In this document: positions 19,939 through 28,660 of the stretch, piece after piece
Layout of the letters: each line of letters opens with the position of its first letter
Numbering within the stretch: position 1 is the stretch's first letter
Source: an uncultured Acidobacteriota bacterium
GTDB taxonomy: Bacteria > Acidobacteriota > UBA6911
NCBI GenBank assembly: GCA_963843575.1
Contig: CAWJKZ010000021.1
Location: 341,006-405,005 of the forward strand
Direction: 5' to 3'
Length of the DNA: 64,000 nt
Notes under the pieces: model-generated
Seen by the model: the letters and a program-made list of their open reading frames with translations, nothing else
What the model was told of the DNA's origin: nothing
Databases searched by the model: none
Translations under genes and position numbers: made by a program

Positions 19939-20319
19939 GTGGACGAACAACCCTGGTCGACATGGTTTCGGTTCACTTTAGCAGCGTTTGCGACTTGGAG
20001 ATTGTCGTTGCTCTTTGCACGCGACGATGGGCCATGGGAGCTATTTGCACGTATCCGGAAATTTGCAAGCCGAGTTGCGCTCGGTCGGGCTGTCGGCTGC
20101 GTCAAGTGCATGAGTATATGGTTTGCTATGCCGCTTGCGTTTTTTGTCGGCGGCAGCCTCATACAAATGGTTGTGGTATGGCTTGGCCTTTCAGGGGTAG
20201 CAGCCCTGATCGATGAGTCGACTCGGCCGCCATTCGAGTGGAAGGAAGACCCAAAGAATGAGTTGCTGCGGGGAAACCCGGACCGCACCGCTGACAGAGC
20301 GGCACCGGATGAAGATTAG
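19939..20319 (+). CDS. DUF1360-like small membrane protein
   Basis: ATWRLSLL...DGP and CxxC-x-x-x-W (CVKCMSIW) pattern with TM helices; abuts the vgrG stop. Confidence 0.6.
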   Translation: MDEQPWSTWFRFTLAAFATWRLSLLFARDDGPWELFARIRKFASRVALGRAVGCVKCMSIWFAMPLAFFVGGSLIQMVVVWLGLSGVAALIDESTRPPFEWKEDPKNELLRGNPDRTADRAAPDED

Positions 20320-20521
20320 CTACTCCGGTGGCCGTCCCATTGAGGTGATCGGCCCCGTTACGGGTACGAAATATCGTTTTTCCGGGATGGCCAGGATTGG
20401 TCTGGTGGATCCGCGGGATGCGGTAATGATGGTGCGGAACCGCAGATTCAGAGTCGAGGGGATCGTGGAGCTACCGCCTGGGGCGGACACAGCTTCAGGG
20501 AGGAGGGAGACACATGGGTAA
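20258..20521 (+). CDS. small hypothetical protein with MSCCG N-terminus
   Basis: ATG at 20258 with GGAAGG upstream; overlaps both neighbours; GPVTG..YRF..VDPRDA segment. Confidence 0.55.
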   Translation: MSCCGETRTAPLTERHRMKISYSGGRPIEVIGPVTGTKYRFSGMARIGLVDPRDAVMMVRNRRFRVEGIVELPPGADTASGRRETHG

Positions 20522-20888
20522 GCCGGCAGCAAGACTGGGCGACTCAACCATGCATGGTTCACCGTTGCTGGGTGCGGCGTGCATGACAGTGCTCATCGGC
20601 GGCAAGCCCGCATGGCGCATTACCGATCAGCACACCTGTCCAATCCCAAATGCTCCGCCTCCGGCTTGTACTGGTACGCCCCATGGTCCGGGAATCACCA
20701 CGCCCGTTCCGGACGGCGGTTCGGGGATCGTCTTGATTGGGGGAAAGCCGGCCGCTCGGGTCGGAGACATCGTCATGGAGCCCGGCGCTCTCCTTCCGCT
20801 GCCGCCCCCCAACAACATCGTCGTCGGCGAGTTCACGGTGCTGATCGGGATGGGCGGCGGTGGCGGGTGCCCCGCGGGCGCAACCTGA
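20514..20888 (+). CDS. PAAR spike-tip protein
   Basis: KPAARLGD, KPAWRITD and KPAARVGD repeats with His/Cys zinc-ligand candidates; strong GGAGG RBS. Confidence 0.93.
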   Translation: MGKPAARLGDSTMHGSPLLGAACMTVLIGGKPAWRITDQHTCPIPNAPPPACTGTPHGPGITTPVPDGGSGIVLIGGKPAARVGDIVMEPGALLPLPPPNNIVVGEFTVLIGMGGGGGCPAGAT

Positions 20889-21345
20889 ACGTGACGAAAA
20901 GCTCCGGTCGGAGCTACGCTTTCTCTCAAGCTGGAGTGCGCATCGTCTAGTGGAACCTTGGCGGCTGGCGTGCGGTTTTATGACAAGGAGAAAAATTCAC
21001 CGGGATTTCAACGAATTTCTTGCCCGGTACGCGGATTGGGACGCCGCGCGCGGGACCGACCTGGAGCCGAAGAACCGGAGAGGGCGTTCCCGACGTGAGT
21101 TCTGCGACCGGGAAGATGAATGACGCGCCAACAGACATCGCGGCCGGTCTAAGGGATTGCGTTCTATGGAGGCTGCGCCGGACGGCATAACCTTTTTGAT
21201 TTCAAATGGATTGGAAAGGGTGGGGGGGGTATAGGATTAGGTGGAGAAGTTCGATCAGACAGATCTCCGGGTGATCGTTTAGATTAGTCCCGAGTCGCGA
21301 ATTCACTCTCGCGCGCCGTATTCGAGCCGTAGGGGTTGCTCTCCT

Positions 21346-22347
21346 ATGAGTGACTCCGGCTTTACATCCCTGTCCGGCGCGCTATTGCCAGAAAGGATTT
21401 CTATGGCTGAGGACCAGAGACGTGCCGGCCAAGCGCGGGTGAACGCCGAAGAGTTGAGGCCTGGCGTGGATCTTTCCAAGCGCTGGCTTGAGGGAGCCGA
21501 CCTCTCTCGCCGCGATCTTGCTGAAGCCAATCTGTCGGGAGCGAACCTCCGAAATGCCAACCTGTGCAGCGCTGTCCTCGCTGGTGCCATTCTCACCGAG
21601 ATCTCGGCTGAAGGAGCGGTAATGCGCGAAATCTCGCTAGAGAATGCCGAACTCAGCGATGCACTCCTCGTATCCTGCGACCTGACAGGGGCGAATCTCA
21701 AGGGGGCTAATTTGGCCAAGGCCAATCTGACGCGCGCGAAGCTAACCCGCGCCAATCTGACTGGAGCCAATCTCTCGACTGCCAAACTGGCGGAGGCTGA
21801 CCTGACTGGGGCTGTTCTTACGAGTGTAGATCTGTCTTCTGCGACGGCACCGGGGGCCATTCTGAGGGACGTCATCATGGAGGGATCGAATGCCAGGATG
21901 GCAGACTTTTCGGAGTGCGATTTCAGCCGAGCCAAGGTCCGGAAAGCCAGTTTCGAGCGGGCTGCGCTAACGAGGGCAACATTTGACCAGACCGCTGCAG
22001 AAGGCGCTGTGTTCGAATTCGCTGATCTGCGAGGTGCGACAGTCAAGAAGGCCGAATTCGCACAGGCCAGCTTGGTCGGAGCGACTTTGTCTGGTGCCCG
22101 GGCGTTCGACTGTGATTTCCGCGAGACGGATTTCTACTGGGCTGAGATGGAAGGCTTCGAGATGGTGCGGTGCAACACCGAGGGCGCAAGGGTCCCGGAG
22201 AAGGTCGAGATCAAGTACGGCCCTCGGGGCGTGAAGCCACCCGAGGTTAAGCCGGTTCCCTTGTATCGAACCGCCGCGACTGCAGAGGAGAGGAAGAGAC
22301 TGGTCGAGGCGGCTCTCAGGGCTGAATCCTCGCAAGGCAAGGAATAG
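21346..22347 (+). CDS. pentapeptide-repeat protein (TagB-like T6SS accessory)
   Basis: Long run of A(N/D)Lxx repeats; the start may instead be the second Met (MAEDQ). Confidence 0.88.
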   Translation: MSDSGFTSLSGALLPERISMAEDQRRAGQARVNAEELRPGVDLSKRWLEGADLSRRDLAEANLSGANLRNANLCSAVLAGAILTEISAEGAVMREISLENAELSDALLVSCDLTGANLKGANLAKANLTRAKLTRANLTGANLSTAKLAEADLTGAVLTSVDLSSATAPGAILRDVIMEGSNARMADFSECDFSRAKVRKASFERAALTRATFDQTAAEGAVFEFADLRGATVKKAEFAQASLVGATLSGARAFDCDFRETDFYWAEMEGFEMVRCNTEGARVPEKVEIKYGPRGVKPPEVKPVPLYRTAATAEERKRLVEAALRAESSQGKE

Positions 22348-22424
22348 GTAGCACGAGAACGTGGCGCCGGCGATTCCGGCGGCCGGGTAATTTCGGGCAT
22401 TCGAAAGACGCTTCAAGTGTCTCT

Positions 22425-22631
22425 ATGCGCGTAGTCAACGGAACCCCATATCCTGTGGATACAGTGCTCTGGGAAGATCTCCAGGGACACTCCAAACTGA
22501 CAGTTATCGTCAAGGCTACGTTCGAGATTGGAAAGGGTAAGATGGCGGCAGCCGACAAGCAGCTCCCTGTCTTCGCTGCTGACCAGCACTACCGAGATGA
22601 TCCCACCGCTTCTATGCGATCAGAAGGGTAA
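22425..22631 (+). pseudogene. truncated DUF2169 adaptor (first 68 aa only)
   Basis: Aligns with the N-terminus of 27205-28290 (WEDLQ, VIVK.TF, PVF.ADQ.YRDD); no continuation in any frame. Confidence 0.85.
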
Positions 22632-22737
22632 ACTCTACGAGGACAGGGCGTGGAAGAGCTGTCGCGAGGCGGCGAAACGTCGGCCCAGAAAACCGTGATA
22701 CCCAGCAGCGGCGCTGGCCGGCATTAATGGTACTGAC

Positions 22738-25700
22738 ATGTGCGACGTCAACATTGCCACCGGTCAAGTTACGCAGTTCCAGATCGACGTGCTCCTATCG
22801 GGAAGGATTCCCTGGCGTCTGACCCGTCGCTACTCGAGCGAGAACCCCAAGCGCGGTGTAGTCGGCTATGGCTGGACGTTGAACCTTGGCACGTTCCTTC
22901 GATGTGGACCCGAACAGATCCAGATGCTGGTTGACGGCGAGCCGTCTTCGCAGTTCCCGCCGATCGCCGTCGGCCACTTGCGCCCGCTGGACGACTCTGG
23001 AGTTGCGGTGGCCCGAACGGACGCAGGCATCTCCGTGACGGACCGCGTTGGCACGACATTCGTTTTTCCGTGTGGCGAGCCGCTGCCGAACCTAGTCCCC
23101 TGCGTGAGGCGATACGATCACTATCGTAACTTCATCGAGTACCGCTACGACGGCGACGCACGGCTTCGGACGCTGACCGACACGTTCAATCGGCAGATAG
23201 TCTTCGCATACGACGGGCGCTCGCGGCTGGTCGAGGTGTTTGCCGCGTTCGGGTCGACCCACTGGTCTCTTGTCCGTTATGAGTACGACAAGGACGACGA
23301 TTTGGTCGCCGTCATCGACCCCGGCGGGAATCCCACTCGATACGAGTACTCATCACATCTGCTCACGCGTGTGACTGATCCCACCGGTCGCGATCTCTAC
23401 TACCAGTACGATCGCGACAAGAAATGCGTACGGACCTGGTTTACTGGCGGGGTGTGGGATCGGCAGCTGTCCCACGATCCGCTTCGGCGGCGCGTTCTCG
23501 TCACTCATCCGGACGGATACTCGAAGCTCTTCAGCCACGACGGCAAGGGCACCGTAACCGGCGACGTCGATCCCCTGGGTCGGGTGCGCGAAGATGTGGT
23601 GGACCACAACGGGAAGATCCTTCTGCGTGCTGGCGCGATACCGACGGTCATCCGCCGCGACCCTGGTTCGAACATCGTGCTGATGTCTCGGAATGGGCTG
23701 GAAACCTTTGCTGAGGTCGACGCGAACGATCAGGTGACGCTGCTCAGAAAGCACGATGGCAGTGTCTGGAAGTACGAATATGACGCCGCCGGCAACCCGA
23801 CACGTTCGGAGGCGCCAGACGGCGCGGTGTGGAAGTTCGACTACAACGAACACGGTGACCTAGTCCGTTTCGTTGACCCTACCGGTTATGAACGACATCG
23901 CGAACGCGCTGCTGACCGGCTCGTCCTGCGCGATGCGTGGGGCCTTCGCCAAGACGAGCGATTCGATCGCCTTGGCCGGACGACCCAGGTTATCGATGGA
24001 GAGGGCGGCGAGGTCCGCTTCCGCTACGACGCGTCCGGAAGACCGCTCCAACGCATCAACCCTGACGGAACATCGACATCGGTCGAGTATGACGCCGCTG
24101 GCCGTCCCACTCTTCTGACAGACGAACTCGGTAAGCAACTGCGATTGATGAGGGATCCCACGAACACGTGGGTCAAGGTCTTCCGTTCCGATGGACACCA
24201 GGAAGTCTACGAGTACGGCCTGAGCGACGAACTGAGAAGGATTACAAATTCAGCGCGCGAAACAGCCGAGCTCTGGTACGACGCCGCGGGCCGATGTACG
24301 CGCGTCCGCTATTTCGACGGACGACAACACGCGATCGACTATGACGACGCGGACAATCCAATCGCGCTGCGAGATGGTCGAACGGGCACGGTGCTGGCCA
24401 CGTGCAAGTACGCCGACGACAAACTCGTCGAGGAGCTGTATTACGACGGGCGCCACTTGAAGATAGAGTACGGCCCGGCTGGGGAAGTGGTTTCGGTCGA
24501 GAACGACGACGCGACGCTGTCGTATGAGCGCGATGCGTTGATGCGTATCGTAAGGGCGCGTCAGAACAACCTGGAGCTGAACTACGGCTACAACCTCAGG
24601 GGGGATCGCACGTCTCTGACGACGAACAGGGGTCGTCGAATCGAGTACGTCTGGGACGGTCGCGGTCGACTCGTCAGGATGGTCGACACTGCGGCCGGAA
24701 CGTACGAGTATTCGTACGACGGCCGGGACCTAGTGACCGGGATCCGGATGCCCAATGGGTGCGTCCAGTCTATCAAGTACGACCGACGACAGCGGATGAT
24801 CTCGCGCCGCGTGACACGCGTCGATGGTTCCGAGATCTGCTCTCGAGAGTTCTCGTACGACCAACGATCACGACTGATCCGATACCTGGATAGCGTGCGA
24901 GGGACGCGAAGCTACACGTACGACGCATCGGATTTCCTGACGTCGGCCAGCGATGACGGAGGCATCGTCCGGTTTCAGCACGACTCGAACGGCAACCTGC
25001 TGGCGACACGGAACGGGGATCCGGTCGCATACGCCCGCGGGGATCGCCCGACGCGCGTCGGCCCGGATGAAATCGGCTACGACGAGCGAGGCAACCTGGT
25101 CCTGTGGCGGTCTAGCAGCGGCGAATCTCGTTTCGAGTACACGGGCGAGAGCTGGCTCAAACGCGCGCGGCTCGCTGCCGGCACCGTGGCGGAATACGAA
25201 TACGATGGGCTCGCACGCCGGACCGCGAAGACGGTTGATGGGCAGCGCACCGAGTTCGACTGGGATGGTGTCTGTGTGCTGAGCGAGCGCACCGAGACCG
25301 AGGCGATCGAATACCTGTTCATGCCCGGCTCCTTCTTCGTAGCAGGGGTCACGCGGGGCGGGCGACACTATTCCTACGTGCTCGACCAGCAGGGAGCGCC
25401 CACTGAGCTGATAGACGATGCCGGCGAGATCGTGTGGGCGGCTGATTACGCCCCGCACGGCGAAGTCACGGCCGTTCGAGTCGCCAAGGTCGCCCAGCCC
25501 TTTCGCTTCCTCGGTCAGTACTACGACGACGAACTGACGTGGCACTACAACCGGTTTCGGTACTACCACCCGCTACTCGGCCGGTTTACGAGCCCTGACC
25601 CGCTGTGCTTTGCGGCGGGCATCAACCTGTATCGGTACGCACCGAATCCCGTGAATTGGGTCGATCCCTTGGGGCTGTCGGTGGCGACGCCCGGCGCCGG

Positions 25701-26187
25701 CGGCAACCCGGCCACATGCGAGGTGATATCGAACTGCGACTGGGGCCCGAAGATGATGGAGGAGGCTAGGAAGAAGACGAGCGGGGTCAACGAGAAGGGA
25801 TGCGATGCGATCATCACCGGTCCGTGCACCCGGCCTCCGGACCAGAAAGACTATTACATGAGCAATTGCGTTGACGAGGATGACAAAGCAAAGGTTGAAG
25901 CATCCCTCAAGAGTCAGAACGATTCGTGCAAGAGCAAGCAGGTCGACCACATCAAGGAGGTTCAGTGCGGTGGTCAGAACGAATGCGATAACCTGGCACC
26001 GCTGACGCAAACGGTGAACGGGAGTTTCGGTTCGCAGATCAGGTCCTGCCGCAGCCAGTTGGCGGCCGCGGGTGTGACTGGCACGGTGTCGATGGTAATC
26101 AAGCTGGTGAACATTCGAAGTGCTTCCGCCGCGCAGCTGAAGAAACACGACAAACAACCGTGTAGTGCCAAACCAGCATGCCCGTGA
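22738..26187 (+). CDS. Rhs polymorphic toxin: DUF6531-like N-terminus, YD repeats, Rhs core, C-terminal HNH-like nuclease
   Basis: DVNIATG..WRLTRRYSS; many YD repeats; PFRFLGQYYD, YNRFRYY, NPVNWVDPLGL; tip motif DHIKEVQCGG..NL...VNGSFG. Confidence 0.93.
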   Translation: MCDVNIATGQVTQFQIDVLLSGRIPWRLTRRYSSENPKRGVVGYGWTLNLGTFLRCGPEQIQMLVDGEPSSQFPPIAVGHLRPLDDSGVAVARTDAGISVTDRVGTTFVFPCGEPLPNLVPCVRRYDHYRNFIEYRYDGDARLRTLTDTFNRQIVFAYDGRSRLVEVFAAFGSTHWSLVRYEYDKDDDLVAVIDPGGNPTRYEYSSHLLTRVTDPTGRDLYYQYDRDKKCVRTWFTGGVWDRQLSHDPLRRRVLVTHPDGYSKLFSHDGKGTVTGDVDPLGRVREDVVDHNGKILLRAGAIPTVIRRDPGSNIVLMSRNGLETFAEVDANDQVTLLRKHDGSVWKYEYDAAGNPTRSEAPDGAVWKFDYNEHGDLVRFVDPTGYERHRERAADRLVLRDAWGLRQDERFDRLGRTTQVIDGEGGEVRFRYDASGRPLQRINPDGTSTSVEYDAAGRPTLLTDELGKQLRLMRDPTNTWVKVFRSDGHQEVYEYGLSDELRRITNSARETAELWYDAAGRCTRVRYFDGRQHAIDYDDADNPIALRDGRTGTVLATCKYADDKLVEELYYDGRHLKIEYGPAGEVVSVENDDATLSYERDALMRIVRARQNNLELNYGYNLRGDRTSLTTNRGRRIEYVWDGRGRLVRMVDTAAGTYEYSYDGRDLVTGIRMPNGCVQSIKYDRRQRMISRRVTRVDGSEICSREFSYDQRSRLIRYLDSVRGTRSYTYDASDFLTSASDDGGIVRFQHDSNGNLLATRNGDPVAYARGDRPTRVGPDEIGYDERGNLVLWRSSSGESRFEYTGESWLKRARLAAGTVAEYEYDGLARRTAKTVDGQRTEFDWDGVCVLSERTETEAIEYLFMPGSFFVAGVTRGGRHYSYVLDQQGAPTELIDDAGEIVWAADYAPHGEVTAVRVAKVAQPFRFLGQYYDDELTWHYNRFRYYHPLLGRFTSPDPLCFAAGINLYRYAPNPVNWVDPLGLSVATPGAGGNPATCEVISNCDWGPKMMEEARKKTSGVNEKGCDAIITGPCTRPPDQKDYYMSNCVDEDDKAKVEASLKSQNDSCKSKQVDHIKEVQCGGQNECDNLAPLTQTVNGSFGSQIRSCRSQLAAAGVTGTVSMVIKLVNIRSASAAQLKKHDKQPCSAKPACP

Positions 26188-26242
26188 GCAGTAGATTTCA
26201 TTTGGTAGAGATCGAAGAACGGCACCTTCTCTGGAGAGAACG

Positions 26243-26884
26243 ATGGGCGAGCAAGACGAGCTGAGATTCAAGATCGATACGCTTCACAACAGGCTGAACG
26301 AGTTCTATGCGCTCGACGATAGCTGGCGCACGCTCGGCGAATGGCCCGAGGGTGTAACCGGCTCCGTTTTGCACCCACCGGCCTCCAGCGATGAGATTGC
26401 CAAGGCCGAAGCTCGATTCGGTCACAAGTTCCCCCCCTCATATAAGGAGTTCCTCCGGTTACAGTCCGCATGGGAGCACTTCTGGGGTGACAACACGCTC
26501 ATAGGCACGGGGCGTCCGGCGACACAGAGAGCACAAGACAAAATTGCCGAGTACATCGGATTCCAGCGAGACTCGTTGCGAAGGCAACTTGGTGCGGACT
26601 TGTCGCCCGAGGCGATCACGGCTTGGGAATCCAAAGAACCGCGAAACCTTTGCCTTGCCAATCAGTTGATCATCGGGACTGACTTCAGCGGCGCATTGTG
26701 GGCGTACGATACGCGTACCCGCCGTGAGAATGGCGAGATGACTCTCGTGTTTTGGGAGCTCAGCTACGGGGCCCAGGACCCGACCTTCGAGCGGTTCTTT
26801 CCCGACTTCCTGGACTTTGTGATTGGCGAAGTGGATTTTCGGATCGAGCATCTCAAGGCCGAGGAACAGAACGATTCCCAATAG
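26243..26884 (+). CDS. SMI1/KNR4 (SUKH) family immunity protein
   Basis: PPASSDEIAKAEARFGHKFPPSYKEFL; directly downstream of the Rhs toxin. Confidence 0.9.
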   Translation: MGEQDELRFKIDTLHNRLNEFYALDDSWRTLGEWPEGVTGSVLHPPASSDEIAKAEARFGHKFPPSYKEFLRLQSAWEHFWGDNTLIGTGRPATQRAQDKIAEYIGFQRDSLRRQLGADLSPEAITAWESKEPRNLCLANQLIIGTDFSGALWAYDTRTRRENGEMTLVFWELSYGAQDPTFERFFPDFLDFVIGEVDFRIEHLKAEEQNDSQ

Positions 26885-27204
26885 ACGACCTCGGTCTTTG
26901 GGCAACGACGCCTTGGCCTTGCTGGTGCCCATCATTATCTGGCAACTGACGCCCTCATCTGGGGGTTCCGGGCTGGTGAACACTTCAGGAGACGGCCGCG
27001 CAGACCGCTGACAGCAGTTGCAGCCGTTGCGAACTAAAAAAACGCCACCGCAGCAACGAACTTGGGCTAACCGGGGGCTAACCCGTTAATGAAACTGCCG
27101 CTGCTGCCGCCGCTTCATTCGCCGATTGAAATGCATTTGGGGGTTTGGGTGAGAAGTGGCAAAATGCGCGCAGGAACGCGAAGTCTGCACGACTACTTGA
27201 GCAT

Positions 27205-28290
27205 ATGCGGATCATCAATGAAACGTCTTTCTCGGTATGTACCTTGTTTTGGGAAGATCTGCAGCAGCGTGCCATGCTCTCGGTCATCGTGAAGTCCACG
27301 TTTGCCATTCAGAACGGCAAGGCGGCAGCGGCCGCCGATCAGGCACCGGTTTTCACTGCGGATCAATATTACAGGGACGATCTGGCGGCACCTGTTCGGA
27401 TGGAGGCTGACACCGTTTCTTTTAAACCTGCCGCGGACATTGTCCTCGTCGGATACGCGCACGCTCCTCGGGGCCGTCGCGTAACACAGCTCGAAGCCAT
27501 TCTCAAAGTCGGCAACCTGCAAAAGAGCATCAGGGTGTTCGGGGATCGCAAGTGGCGGTTTGCGAGCAAACTGGCGGGTGCTCCGGTGTTTACCTCGCCT
27601 GAACCGTTCCAATCGATGGAACTCACCTATGAGCGCGCGTTCGGCGGGATCGACGAGAAGTCGGCGGCGTACTGCGCGGAGAACCCGATTGGCAGAGGGT
27701 TCATCGGCATCAGAACGCCGGAGGCGATTCATGACAAACCACTGCCCAATATCGAGGACCCACGTCACCTGATCCAATCATGGGATGATCACCCCAAACC
27801 GGTCGGATTTGGATTCTATGGCCGCGGCTGGATGCCGCGGCTCAAGTACGCCGGCACGTACAACGACAAATACCGCAAGGAGCGGGCGCCCGCTTTGCCC
27901 AAGGACTTTTCCAACGCTCTATTCAACGGCGCTCACCCCGATCTGCAGGTCGAGGGATACCTGCGGGGCGACGAGCCCGTTGAACTTCTGAACCTCAGCC
28001 CCGAAGGCAGGCTCAGGTTCAACCTGCCGGGCATTCGACCGAAAATCTGCATTAAAAAGTGGACCACCGATCCTGTCGTATGGATCGAAAAAAACACAAG
28101 CGAGGGACACGCCGCGACTCTCCACGAGGTGCCTACTATGGAGGAATCCGTGGTGCCAAATCTGGACACACTGGTCCTCATCCCGGATGAAGGCATCTTC
28201 TACGAGGTCTTTCGCGCGGTCTGCCCGCTGAAGAGTCTCGACACCCTGGAAATCTGCCAGATCAAGGTCACCGCGTCGGAGGGTAGCTGA
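27205..28290 (+). CDS. DUF2169 T6SS adaptor/chaperone
   Basis: FKPAADIVLVG, VFGDR.W, YERAFGG, NPIGRG, LPNIED, P.GFG...W.PR..YAGTY, LDTLV. Confidence 0.92.
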   Translation: MRIINETSFSVCTLFWEDLQQRAMLSVIVKSTFAIQNGKAAAAADQAPVFTADQYYRDDLAAPVRMEADTVSFKPAADIVLVGYAHAPRGRRVTQLEAILKVGNLQKSIRVFGDRKWRFASKLAGAPVFTSPEPFQSMELTYERAFGGIDEKSAAYCAENPIGRGFIGIRTPEAIHDKPLPNIEDPRHLIQSWDDHPKPVGFGFYGRGWMPRLKYAGTYNDKYRKERAPALPKDFSNALFNGAHPDLQVEGYLRGDEPVELLNLSPEGRLRFNLPGIRPKICIKKWTTDPVVWIEKNTSEGHAATLHEVPTMEESVVPNLDTLVLIPDEGIFYEVFRAVCPLKSLDTLEICQIKVTASEGS

Positions 28291-28300
28291 GGAGAGGCCG

Positions 28301-28483
28301 GTGAGTGCTTCGCATATAGGGCTGCTGTTCATCGGTCTCGCAGTGGTGTTTCTGGGACTCTCGACTCGGGATTACCTGAGGGCGGGTCCGAAGATGACCC
28401 CGGCGCGGCGGACATGGCTGCGGATTGGAGTGATCTTTGCTATTGTGGGCGTGTACCTGTTCGTCACCAACCTGGGAAGTTGA
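28301..28483 (+). CDS. small two-helix membrane protein
   Basis: 60 aa with two hydrophobic segments and a GAGGAG RBS. Confidence 0.55.
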   Translation: MSASHIGLLFIGLAVVFLGLSTRDYLRAGPKMTPARRTWLRIGVIFAIVGVYLFVTNLGS

Positions 28484-28535
28484 TCAGTCGCGAGAGACCT
28501 CCGACCAAAATTTGGGCCACCCTGCCTGTCGTGGC

Positions 28536-28564
28536 TTGACGCTGTTGTCCAATCCCAATATCTT
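28536..28564 (+). promoter_or_regulatory. candidate sigma-70 promoter
   Basis: TTGACG-N17-TATCTT about 95 bp upstream of the 28661 ATG. Confidence 0.45.
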
Positions 28565-28660
28565 ATTTTGATACGACGATTAGATGGTGGCAGCCTCCGG
28601 GAACTCGGCGCAAGGCAGAATTGAACTGCGGTCCCTTTTCTTTTGACTTGAAGCGCGGCT

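Noticed and set aside
20889-21345. Short ORFs between PAAR and the pentapeptide gene
   Set aside because: No convincing start signals or motifs; probably regulatory or decayed DNA
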